NCBI RefSeq assembly: GCF_006345805.1
Contig: NW_021831931.1
Coordinates: 1 to 46,750 of the forward strand
DNA from: Octopus sinensis
Taxonomy: Eukaryota
Length of the DNA: 46,750 bases
Direction: 5' to 3'
Part shown: positions 1-11,930 of the stretch, piece by piece
How the letters are laid out: the number at the start of each line of letters is the position of its first letter
How positions within the stretch are numbered: the stretch's first letter is position 1
Notes under the pieces: model-generated
The model's database searches: none
What the model was told of the DNA's origin: nothing
What the model saw: the letters and a program-made list of their open reading frames with translations, nothing else
Position numbers and translations under genes: made by a program

Positions 1-169
1 GACTGCGCAAGAATTCAACATATTGAGAGTGTGGGAAAAAAAGGTACTCAATGTTTTTAGAAACAAACATACAAACATACAAACATACATACACCCACAT
101 ATACACATTTTTAGTAACATTTGTACAATGATTGTTTTATATATATATATATATATTATATATATATAT

Positions 170-484
<315 letters not shown>

Positions 485-498
485 TATATATATATATA

Positions 499-703
499 CT
501 TTATTTAAAAGTAGCAGAAAAGTAGCAGAAATAATACAAAAGCTATTAGTTAGAGTTTCACGTTCCCGTTCGTCGGACGAACGAAATCGTGAAACTCTGA
601 GTAACAGCTTTTGTTATATTTCTGCTGCTTTTAAATAAAGCATATTACTCTACCTCTGGTGCTCTTTATTCCACCTTGTTTCACATTTATGTGCTTACTC
701 CGG
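499..703. mobile_element. Penelope-like pLTR module (family B): inverted partial copy plus full copy, with two back-to-back hammerhead remnants
   Basis: Inverted arms 499-574 / 576-640 centred on 575; minus strand CCGACGA-ACG(GGAA)CGT-GAAA; plus strand ACG(AAAT)CGT-GAAA-CTCTGAG-TA-ACAG; (TA)n on both sides; the 3' part recurs at 8065-8205. Confidence 0.7.
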
Positions 704-1206
704 TATATGTATATATATATATATAGACGTACACGTATGATATATGTATTTAAGCATAAGCACCTGAACAGTTAAAACACACGTACGTTAAGATTGCCAC
801 CCATCAGTGTAAATGTATAACTAGGCATAAATGTTTACAATCGTATTCATAAAGTAGCATTTATATGGAGTTTCGTCACTTAGTGTATATGAAGAGGATA
901 TACAGAAGCACGCACACATGCACACTCGCACACACAAAGCTATCATAGTCTCTCTCTCTCTCTCCCTCACTCTCTCTCTCTCGCGCGCGCGCTCACCTTT
1001 TCTCTTCCGTCCTCTCTTCCTTTCTCTCTCTTTGGCTTTCTATGGTTTTCCGTGTGTTACACACAAGCACGCATTTCTAAACCGCATAAGAACATCCAAA
1101 TTCATTAATGCTCTTATGCAGAGGAATACGCACAGAAAAAGCACACGGATACGTATAAATATATAATACACACATACATACACACACACACATACACATA
1201 CATAAA

Positions 1207-1237
<31 letters not shown>

Positions 1238-1417
1238 CACACACACATACATATGCATTTACATATATAAGGTATATAATATATATATCATATATATAAT
1301 ATATCAAATATATAAACACAGGTGTATATATATTTACAGTCACACACACATACATGAATAGATACATACCATATATATATATATACATATATATATGTAT
1401 ATATATACATATATATG

Positions 1418-1465
<48 letters not shown>

Positions 1466-1620
1466 TATATAAACACACACACACATATATATATATGTAT
1501 ATATGTAACATGAATAATATATAAATATATGTAATATATATATATATGCATGTATATATATTTCTATATATGCATGTGTGCATCTATGCATGTGTATGGC
1601 ATTATATATCTATATATATT

Positions 1621-1658
<38 letters not shown>

Positions 1659-2249
1659 TGTATGTATGTACACACACACATACATTGATCGAAGGCAAGT
1701 TAAGATGCCAAATAGAAGAGAAAAAAAATTCAGCAAGCGTAGCCTGAAGAATATTTAGTAAATAAAGATGAAGTTGATATTTGTAGTGGATCGAAAAACC
1801 TAACATTCGGGTTGAATTCTATGATTTGCAGATAACATGGTGTATCTTCTGATCTGAGAGACTGAACGCTTGCATGGCTTCTTGAAGTTTCCCAATGGTA
1901 TGTTAAAGCAGAGTAGATAAGACATTCTTGCATATGCATATGCGTGTGAGAATGCATTTACACAGACACATAGACGCACACACGCGCGTAGACAAACATG
2001 GAGACACACAAAAACACATACTCACACATATATATGTATGTATGTATGGACATATGTATATATGTATATATGCTGGTATGTATGTATTTGTGTATTCATG
2101 TATATACACACCCATAAATTTACACACAGACGCATTGCATATAATTTTGAACGTGTCTGAGTGCATGTGCGTATGTGAATGCGCATATGTATATATGTGT
2201 AAGGGCATATATGCATATACGCACATACATATATATGTATGTATTCTTA

Positions 2250-2285
<36 letters not shown>

Positions 2286-2750
2286 TACATGTGTGTGTGT
2301 GTGTGTGTGTGTGACTGTGTCCATTTATAGATTTATATGTATGTTTATATATATTTATATATACGTATATATATATATACTTATATATATATATATATTT
2401 ATAAAGTATCTGGATATATATATATATATATGTACATACGTACAGGCTCACATACATACGTGCCAATATATACATGCAAATACTGAGAATGTGTAACAGT
2501 TCATACTCAATATACGATGTTATACATACATACATACACACACATGCTGACAAGCATACATGCTCAACATGCACAAACACACACTCATAAAAACCGCACG
2601 TATGCACACACACACATGTATAGATATATGTGTATGCATGTGTATATATGTGCGTGTGTAAAACACAGAAATATATATCTAAATGTGGCAGTGTCGTGCG
2701 CAACAAGGCAGCCCATTGAATCAGGGACATATAACCAGCATGTATATGTG

Positions 2751-2793
<43 letters not shown>

Positions 2794-2835
2794 CATATAT
2801 GTACATCTCTCTATTTACATATGTATGCGTGTATG

Positions 2836-2903
<68 letters not shown>

Positions 2904-3173
2904 AATATGCACGCCTCATACGCATACATGAAGTATGTGAACATGTCTCTGTGTGTGATAATAAGACTGACGTTAATTCAATAGAAGACGCCTTAGACAC
3001 TTTGAACAGTTTAATCAATATCTCACTCACTTATGACCTCAACGAGTATTAGAGAATATTGCATATATATCTTCGAACCCATACATGTGTTGTGCGTTAC
3101 TCTGTCTTTCTGTCAAGATACATATCGGTACATACATACATACATGTACTACCTGTCTCTCTCTATATTTATC

Positions 3174-3313
<140 letters not shown>

Positions 3314-3538
3314 ATACATATATATATATAGATAGATATACAATGTATGTGCTTGCGTTTCGCGCTGGTGTTCATCTCAGTCAAGAGCAATAATACTCCT
3401 GTTAAGTACAGTGAAAGAAACTAAATTTTTGCTTGCTTGCTTGCTTTCGTCGCTACTTGGTTATTCTCGTTGTCGTGCTTCCACCATCAACAGATGAATG
3501 AGGACGAGAAATGACGATTGGTGACTCACGCAATACTA

Positions 3539-3539
3539 A

Positions 3540-3611
<72 letters not shown>

Positions 3612-3638
3612 CTATATATATATATATATATATATATA
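3539..3638. repeat. (TCTA)n followed by (TA)n microsatellite
   Basis: Direct inspection. Confidence 0.95.
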
Positions 3639-3977
3639 CTAATTAATTAAGGGTTCAGCAACGATTTGCCTCACTACATACCGAATTTAGAAATAGCAGT
3701 CAAAACGTTATGGCTATTCTTTCTACTTAAAAGGGCGATCCCAGTAAAACCAAAGCACTTAAAAACAAACGACGTAGGCAAAAGAGAAAAGTAGAAAGAA
3801 TAGCCAAAACTTTTTTGACTGCTATTTCTAAATTCGGTATGTGGTAAGGCAAATCGTTGCTGAACCCTTAATTAATTAGTATTACTTAAACCTTCCTTGA
3901 ATGGGTCTTTTACATGCCGAACTCTACTTGGTGAAATTAATGATTATTTCTAAATTAATTAATATCACCCTATATTA

Positions 3978-3980
<3 letters not shown>
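3639..3980. mobile_element. Fold-back repeat with ~90 bp inverted arms plus a unique 3' extension; probable pLTR module (family G)
   Basis: Arms 3639-3728 and 3789-3879 are ~95% complementary; the extension 3880-3980 recurs at ~44575-44695; (TA)n on both sides. Confidence 0.65.
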
Positions 3981-4012
<32 letters not shown>

Positions 4013-4059
4013 TCACACACATATTAAATTGAATTTAACTTAATTTAGCGCTAATCTTT

Positions 4060-4260
4060 AGCGTGTCGTTGAAAATATTTAGTGCTCTTTCTTGAAGCTC
4101 ACCACGTTTAGAGTTCAAATTCCACCGAGGTCAACCTTACGGTTCCCTATAATCATCTGAGGGTCGATGAAATACATACTAGCTGAGCACTGGGGTCTAT
4201 GTAAATCAAATGACCTTAGTATGAACGGAATATTTACTCCTGGTGTATTAGAATTTATGC
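4060..4260 (+). mobile_element. Degenerate SINE family 2
   Basis: GAGTTCAAATTCCACCGAGGTCAAC...GGGTCGATGAAATA...GCACTGGGGTC matches the family 2 body. Confidence 0.6.
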
Positions 4261-4422
4261 TGCTTCCTAATATGTTGTCCCTAGTAAAAATTATACGTCA
4301 CTCATATTCAGGAGGTTCTTTATGGGTTCTTCTTAGCGAAATCATTCTAGTAAGTCAGTAATTTATGATATACACCTCTATCTAATATGATACAACATAA
4401 ATCATTAATCCATGTTGCATAG

Positions 4423-4567
4423 TATAAGGTTGTCCCAAAAGTTCGTAGAAAGTCTTGGAAAATAATGGTCTTTATTTTGAGGAATAATTTTTGTTGTTTT
4501 TGTTAGTACTTGGCGAGTAAAAATTCAATTTTCGCAAGTGTTTACGAACTTTTGGGACAGCCTAATA
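4423..4567. mobile_element. Tc1/mariner-type MITE, ~145 bp
   Basis: Terminal inverted repeats TATAAGGTTGTCCCAAAAGTTCGTA versus reverse complement TATTAGGCTGTCCCAAAAGTTCGTA; TA at both ends. Confidence 0.8.
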
Positions 4568-4874
4568 TTTAATAGAGCTGTATTTTTTAATGTTGTTTAA
4601 ATACCTGTAACCACCCACACCGAATTAGATTATATTATGCAAATTACCTTAGTCATAAATTCGTTCTACTCCTTTTTGCATAAATCTAAGTCCTTTGATT
4701 ACTGGAGGTAAGGTGGAACAATTGTCATGCTAAAGATGGATGGCTCTTGAGTCAGATACACACGCCTACGACTCTTCTTTTTATCTCAAATAATAAACCC
4801 GGTATGTTGTTCATCATCGGTCTGCTTGTTCATTCGTGAAAGGGATTTGAGCAGTAACACCGACCTAATGATTG

Positions 4875-4997
4875 CTAATAATTCTTTCTATTAGAGGCAG
4901 AAAGCCTGAAATTTTGGGGAAGAAGTGCCGGTCCGTGACACCCACTCCAGTGCTCAACTGATATTTATTTCATCGACCCTGAAAGAATGAAAGGATT
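4875..4997 (-). mobile_element. Partial degenerate SINE family 2
   Basis: CATCGACCCTGAAAGAATGAAAGG is the reverse complement of the conserved central box. Confidence 0.55.
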
Positions 4998-5160
4998 TTT
5001 TAAATATGCTAAGCCATTGGTTTTAATTGATTAATATCAATTTCTACCCTTATTATTTAATTTTTTATATAGTTAGATAGATAGATATATACATATATAT
5101 TGTATATAGAATATATATATATACATATATATATACCACACATGTGTATAATATATATAT

Positions 5161-5192
<32 letters not shown>

Positions 5193-6304
5193 AATCACAT
5201 GTATATATACATATACATGTGTGTATGCATGTAAGTGTATCTGTGTGTCTTTATGTATAGCTAGATACAGATACAAATATACACGCATATATATTGATAG
5301 TTATTTTATATATCTATATGTGGGTTTAGATATACACCCACATATAGTGTGGGCACTCGTTTGTCAATAGACACGTGTTCATATATATATATATATATAT
5401 ATATATGTAAAATCATATTTTTATCTATCTTTGTGTCTCTATCTATCTATTTATCTCTCTATTTCCCCTCCTCTCTCTCTCCTCTCTCACTCTCTTTCTA
5501 TATATATTCGCACAAAATGACTACTATGATGAGATATAGAATCTCAACTTGTTTCAAATTATGCAACTTCTCCTGCAAATGACACCTGAGCTATCACTTT
5601 AAACATAATCACAATACAGCGACACCATTACAACATCATACTAAAATATCATCTCTTTTGTGTCTGATTGAAACTAAGAATAAATTATTTACTTATGTCC
5701 CAAAATAATCACAGATCCAACAGCTTTTATTGGCCGCAGCTTGATACTGGTTCTCCAATATCCACAACATTAAATTTACGCATGCTGACCGCTGGTTTAT
5801 GTTTTTCTCATCCATAACATTCAGCATCTAATTTGAGTGACTTTTCCTATAATAGGACAAAGATGTCGTAATCAACTCGCAGAAAAAATGAAAATAAATA
5901 ATTGAATAAATACGTGAATAAATATAAGAAACCAAAGAAAGAAAGAGAAAAGAATAACCATTAATCTATTCTATAACAGACAAGCAGCAATTAATAGAGA
6001 CTTTGGTGTAAGTACGCGACTGGATTCGCAATACATAGACGTCACCTTGCAAATATGTGGACGACAGCAAGGAGTAGAAGACGTAAGGAAATTAACAAAC
6101 AGCAAATACTAAACACTATTTTTAGAAAACTGAGAACAGATTTAAGACGCCATCCTGTAAGGTAATTATATAATAGTTGAAGAAATCATCTCACATTTTA
6201 TTTTCTCAAAGACAACAGGAGTCCGCTTATAAATGAATTAAAGTGAGGTGGATTTGTTCCATAATTGTCAAGAGAAAAACTAATTAATTTATGATTTTCA
6301 ACTG

Positions 6305-6708
6305 TTTTACTCTCTTTTACTTGTTTCAGTCATTTGACTGCGGCCATGCTGGAGCACCGCCTTTAATCGAGCAACTCGATCCCGGGACTTATTCTTTTGT
6401 AAGCCCAGTACTTATTCTATCGGTCACCTGTGCCGAAACGCTAAGTAACGGGGACATAAACACACCAGCATCGGTTGTCAAGCAATGCTAGGGGGACAAA
6501 CACAAACACACACACACTCATATATATATATACATATATACGACGGGCTTCTTTCAGTTTCCGTCTACCAAATCCACTCACAAGGCTTTGGTCGGCCCGA
6601 GGCTATAGTAGAAGACACTTGCCCAAGGTGCCACGCAGTGGGACTGAACCCGGAGCAAGCAATGTGGTTGGTAAACAAGCTACTTACCACACAGCCTCTC
6701 CTGCGCCT
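6305..6708 (-). mobile_element. SINE family 1, full length
   Basis: Minus-strand tRNA-like head (GGCTGTGTGG A-box-like, GGTTCAGTCCC B-box-like), central (CA)/(TA) tract, tail GGCGGTGCTCCAGCATGGCCGCAGTCAAATGACTGAAACAAGTAAAAG. Confidence 0.9.
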
Positions 6709-6911
6709 AACATTGAACTGTGTGTATCGTAATGAAATTTTTTATGGTTTAAGTCAGTACGAAAAAGGCAACATCCCATCATATGTCTAATGTGGCTACG
6801 AGACATGTGAAAACGGGGTCTGTGGAGAAACAGCAAATCGCAGGGCAGAGATGAAAATTTGTGTTGTGAAGACAGAAATATTGGTCCTTTCAAGAGAGAA
6901 TCTCCAATGTA

Positions 6912-7147
6912 TTACTCTCTTTTACTCTTTTACTTGTTTCAGTCATTTGACTGTGGCCATGCTGGAGCACCGCCTTTAGTCGGGCAAAACGACCCCAGGA
7001 CTTATTCTTTGTAAGCCTAGCACTTATTCTATCTGTCCCTTATGCTGCACCGTTAAGTTACGGGGACGTAAACACACCAACATCTGTTGTCAAGCTATGT
7101 TGGGGAGACAAACACAGGCACACAAGCATATACACACACACACGTAC

Positions 7148-7178
<31 letters not shown>

Positions 7179-7180
7179 CA

Positions 7181-7215
<35 letters not shown>

Positions 7216-7377
7216 GCGACGAGCTTCTTTCAGTTTCCATCTACCAAATCCACTCACAGGTTTTGGTTGGCCCGAGGCTATAGTAGAAGACACTTGTCCA
7301 AGGTGCCAAGCTGTGGGACTGAACCCGGAACCATGTGGTTCGTAAGCAAGCTATACCACACAGCCACTCCGACGCTT
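6912..7377 (-). mobile_element. SINE family 1, full length, central (CATA)n expanded
   Basis: Collinear with the 6305-6708 copy. Confidence 0.9.
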
Positions 7378-7432
7378 ATGCAATATTCTGCATATTACTG
7401 CAACATCATTGACAGACATGGAGAAGTTTAAG

Positions 7433-7985
7433 TATTGGGTTGGCACAGTCCCACAATATGCACAACATCATTTTACGGGGATGAAGATCTGGTTTCACGC
7501 GCGGTGTCGCTCGTTTACAAGATCTAAGCCATCCTTATGATGTTTCATATTAATATTCAGGCACCATTTTTCGTAGCCAGTAACGATTCGGTAAAGAAAT
7601 CGTTGCTTGTGTCTATGAGTTGAGCGGTGACGAGCAAGCAAACCAGCGGAGATTGCGGCTCGTTGATTTTTGTTGCTGTCACTTAAAACATGCGGGACCC
7701 ATGCTCCATACTTCTGAACCTTTCCCATCGAGTGAAGATGCTTCTCTGTAGCAGTGTGGGAGCATTCCATTTTCTCTGCCTGTTCCCTTGTCGTTTGACG
7801 AGAATTTTCGTGCGAAAGTTGGTTTAATCACTCTTCATCGAACTCAACTGAACGGCCAGAACGAGGTGCGTTTTTGAGGTCAAAATATCTATTTTTGAAA
7901 TTGGCATACCAATCACGAGCGGTTCTTTCAGGTATGGCACCCTCTCTATACACGGCACAAATGTCGCGAGCAGATTTTGCATCCT

Positions 7986-7986
<1 letters not shown>
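7433..7986 (-). pseudogene. Mariner transposase fragment (HTH to first catalytic Asp region), internally deleted
   Basis: Translates to ARDICAVYREGAIPERTARDWYANFK..APRSGR, WVPHVL (mariner WVPHEL motif), IVTGYEKW (TGDEKW motif) and HPRKMMLCILWD; stop and frameshift present. Confidence 0.9.
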
Positions 7987-8056
<70 letters not shown>

Positions 8057-8064
8057 GTATATAT

Positions 8065-8202
8065 ACTTTATTAAAAAGTTGAACATATCACAAAAGCTTT
8101 CTCAGTTGTGATATTTTTGCTGCTTTTTAATAAGGCATATTACTCCACCTCTGGTATTCGAGTACTATTTATTCCAGCTTTTCGCATTTATGTGTTTACT
8201 CT

Positions 8203-8205
<3 letters not shown>
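8065..8205 (+). mobile_element. Collapsed family B pLTR module, hammerhead deleted
   Basis: Matches 499-530 and 610-703; short fold-back ATATCACAA/TTGTGATAT; (TA)n on both sides. Confidence 0.7.
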
Positions 8206-8258
<53 letters not shown>

Positions 8259-8420
8259 TTTATTCCGAAAAAACTTTTCCTCTCCCGAAATGCAATTCGT
8301 AAAAGTTTGCCATTCATCCGGATATAGTATATATAAACTCACCCATGTGCTTCGTTCATGTTGATCAGTTAGCTGATCGGCTTAAGCGAGGCAGGGTCGT
8401 TGTTTATTTATAGTATATTC

Positions 8421-8468
8421 AGGCCTGCTGATGATTACGTAAGTATGAAATCACTGTGATACAGGTCT
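8421..8468 (+). ncRNA. Type I hammerhead ribozyme, array copy 1 (predicted cleavage after 8461)
   Basis: AGGCCTG-CTGATGA-T-TAC(GTAA)GTA-T-GAAA-TCAC(T)GTGA-TA|CAGGTCT; 7 bp stem I with one G.U, canonical core, AUA cleavage triplet. Confidence 0.85.
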
Positions 8469-8901
8469 ATATATTTTTAAATGTCTTTCTTTGAAAAATT
8501 GCATTCGGTGGGATTAGTAATATTTTTGGTAGAAATGACTGATTGTCCCTCTTAGCGTATGGCGTGTATGTAGAATGCCTCCTGGCATGTATGTATAATG
8601 CCCTCTATATATAAATTAATATGTTCAATAAGAAATAATTATTTTCGAAATTTTTTCTCTTATGAGGTTTTTACGCTATCTACCTGACAATTTCTTGTTA
8701 AGTTTTCCTTATTAAGTAGTTGTCCTTAATTGCTAAATTTTTATTCCGAAAAAACTTTTCCTCTCCCGAAATGCAATTCGTAAAAGTTTGCCATTCATCC
8801 GGATATAGTATATATAAACTCACCCATGTGCTTCGTTCATGTTGATCAGTTAGCTGATCGGCTTAAGCGAGGCAGGGTCGTTGTTTATTTATAGTATATT
8901 C

Positions 8902-8949
8902 AGGCCTGCTGATGATTACGTAAGTATGAAATCACTGTGATACAGGTCT
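8902..8949 (+). ncRNA. Type I hammerhead ribozyme, array copy 2 (cleavage after 8942)
   Basis: Identical 48 nt to copy 1. Confidence 0.85.
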
Positions 8950-9384
8950 ATATATTTTTAAATGTCTTTCTTTGAAAAATTGCATTCGGTGGGATTAGTA
9001 ATATTTTTGGTAGAAATAGAATGACTGATTGTCCCTCTTAGCGTATGGCGTGTATGTAGAATGCCTCCTGGCATGTATGTATAATGCCCTCTATATATAA
9101 ATTAATATGTTCAATAAGAAATAATTATTTTCGAAATTGTTTCTCTTATGAGGTTTTTACGCTATCTACCTGACAATTTCTTGTTAAGTTTCCTTATTAA
9201 GTAGTTGTCCTTATTGCTAAATTTTTATTCCGAAAAAACTTTTCCTCTCCGAAATGCAATTCGTAAAAGTTTGCCATTCATCCGGATATAGTATATATAA
9301 ACTCACCCATGTGCTTCGTTCATGTTGATCAGTTAGCTGATCGGCTTAAGCGAGGCAGGGTCGTTGTTTATTTATAGTATATTC

Positions 9385-9432
9385 AGGCCTGCTGATGATT
9401 ACGTAAGTATGAAATCACTGTGATACAGGTCT
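9385..9432 (+). ncRNA. Type I hammerhead ribozyme, array copy 3 (cleavage after 9425)
   Basis: Identical 48 nt to copy 1. Confidence 0.85.
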
Positions 9433-9857
9433 ATATTTTTAAATGTCTTTTTTGAAAAATTGCATTCGGTGGGATTAGTAATATTTTTGGTAGAAATGAC
9501 TGATGATTGTCCCTCTTAGCGTATGGCGTGTGTAGTAGAATGCCTCCTGGTGTATGTATTAATGCCTCTATATATAAATTAATATGTTCAATAAGAAATA
9601 ATATTTTCGAAATTTTTCTCTTATGAGGTTTTACGCTATCTACCTGACAATTTCTTGTTAAGTTTCCTTATTAAGTAGTTGTCCTAATTGCTAAATTTTT
9701 ATTCCGAAAAAACTTTTCCTCTCCCGAAATGCAATTCGTAAAAGTTTGCCATTCATCCGGATATAGTATATATAAACTCACCCATGTGCTTCGTTCATGT
9801 TGATCAGTTAGTGATCGGCTTAAGCGAGGCAGGGTCGTGTTTATTTATAGTATATTC

Positions 9858-9905
9858 AGGCCTGCTGATGATTACGTAAGTATGAAATCACTGTGATACA
9901 GGTCT
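9858..9905 (+). ncRNA. Type I hammerhead ribozyme, array copy 4 (cleavage after 9898)
   Basis: Identical 48 nt to copy 1. Confidence 0.85.
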
Positions 9906-10336
9906 ATATATTTTTAAATGTCTTTCTTTGAAAAATTGCATTCGGTGGGATTAGTAATATTTTTGGTAGAAATGACTGATTGTCCCTCTTAGCGTATGGC
10001 GTGTATGTAGAATGCCTCCTGGCATGTATGTATAATGCCCTCTATATATAAATTAAATGTTCAATAAGAAATAATTATTTTCGAAATTTTTCTTTATGAG
10101 GTTTTTACGCTATCTACCTGACAATTTCTTGTTAAGTTTTCCTTATTAAGTAGTTGTCCTTAATTGCTAAATTTTTATTCCGAAAAAACTTTTCTCTCCC
10201 GAAATGCAATTCGTAAAAGTTTGCCATTCATCCGGATATAGTATATATAAACTCACCCATGTGCTTCGTTCATGTTGATCAGTTAGCTGATCGGCGCTTA
10301 AGCGAGGCAAGGTCGTTGTTTATTTATAGTATATTC

Positions 10337-10384
10337 AGGCCTGCTGATGATTACGTAAGTATGAAATCACTGTGATACAGGTCT
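10337..10384 (+). ncRNA. Type I hammerhead ribozyme, array copy 5 (cleavage after 10377)
   Basis: Identical 48 nt to copy 1. Confidence 0.85.
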
Positions 10385-10531
10385 ATATATTTTTAAATGT
10401 CTTTCTTTGAAAAATTGCATTCGGTGGGATTAGTAATATTTTGTAGAAATGAGAAAACTGATTGTCCCTCTTAGCGTATGGCGTGTATGTAGAATGCCTC
10501 CTGGCATGTATGTATAATGCCCTCTATATAT

Positions 10532-10564
<33 letters not shown>

Positions 10565-10598
10565 TATATATACATACATACATACATACATACATACA

Positions 10599-10630
<32 letters not shown>

Positions 10631-11569
10631 CACACACAAACACACACATATATATATATACAATTTGCGTGAATAAAATTTCAATCGATATTTGTTCCAC
10701 CACAAGTTAAAAGACACTTCCTTACTTCTTTGTTTCCCACGCCGTCGGAACTATCATGTCTGATGGTTTTCCCGTATGGTACCTTTAACGAATGATACTA
10801 TTTTACACAAACTGCGATATGAAATAAATACGTAGCAATATTATTATTATTAGAATTACTGAATCATTTGTAGCTGTTGATAAGATACTATAAACTGAAC
10901 AGTCACCAGCTGAGATCCTATCAATAGCCATATACCATGTCATTGACAAACAACTTCATCCCCTCTCCTAAATACCACAATGAATTGCCGGCACTTTACA
11001 GTAAGCATTTGTAGTATTGAAGAAGTAAAGAGATTCTCGTGTGCTTGAAGCTATGGGCTACCATATTCCTGTGGTTAAAGCGTCGGGGAAGGGTGAGTTC
11101 CGCTATGTTGACTTTCCTACTTTCCTACAATGAAAGAAGATATGTTGAATGGTTCTGACCTCTGCTCAATGAAACATGTGATTTATTGCAACCACCTGCA
11201 TGTTAAATCAATAAGCGCATCGTTAAACGAGAATAGGCGCCATCTTGTACGTAAGTGTCTCTAGTAATAAAGAAGAGTCACTAGCGTGTTAGTAGACTGA
11301 TCAGAAAATATGGAAACTGGCGCCATATCGGAACCGAATGGAAGAAAGCAACAGCTGCTATCTCGTAGCGAGAGGCAAGAAGCATGTGTTTAGTAATGAC
11401 CACGCACTGCTTCTTACCATATTCCTGTTCAATTCTTCTATCCTGTCGTCTCTATCATTGTTCGACTTTGTCTTCTTATCTTTTCGTTCATTTCCTTCCT
11501 CAGAGGCTTCATCTTGTTCCATTTATATTCACACACTTTTGACATTTTTAAACAATGTAATCGCGGTGG

Positions 11570-11930
11570 TTAAAACGAGTAAAGAAAAGAAAGCGAAAGG
11601 CATATACACAAAAGAATTGAAAGAATGAATATAAATGAAGGAAATAAAGATAAAAAAGGAAAGAGAGAATAAAGCAGAAAATTGGAATAGAAATGAGAAA
11701 AATGCGAGAACAGTAAGGAAAGAAAGAGGCATGATATAAGGCGAAGAAAAGAAAAGGAAAAGGAGCAGAAAATATAATGAAAGAGTCAAATAATGAAAGA
11801 TAAATATAAAGAAATAAAGAAACGAGGAAGAAAAGACAAAAATTCAAAGATATACGGTATAAAGAGAAACAGAAACAGAAAGACGAAAAGGAAAACAAAG
11901 CAAAGGATAAAGTTATAGTAAAAAGAAGAC
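11570..11930. repeat. Purine-rich (A/G) low-complexity tract
   Basis: Direct inspection. Confidence 0.8.

Larger units (their letters stand above)
8257..10535 (+). repeat. Head-to-tail tandem array of a ~480 bp hammerhead-bearing unit (~4.75 copies); candidate retrozyme or ribozyme satellite
   Basis: Unit starts (TTTTTATTCCG) at 8257, 8738, 9222, 9696 and 10172; units differ mainly by small indels; (TA)n flanks both ends. Confidence 0.95.

Noticed and set aside
1750-1920. Possible host exon (unique, moderate-GC stretch between microsatellites)
   Set aside because: No recognisable domain in any frame and no convincing splice-site pair; RNA-seq would be needed.
8257-10535. CRISPR array or coding tandem repeat
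   Set aside because: The units are ~480 bp and near-identical with no unique spacers, the context is eukaryotic, and no ORF spans a unit.
10900-11060. Decayed RLE-type LINE C-terminus on the minus strand
   Set aside because: Only one weak motif (TVKCRQFIV), with no continuous alignment by eye.
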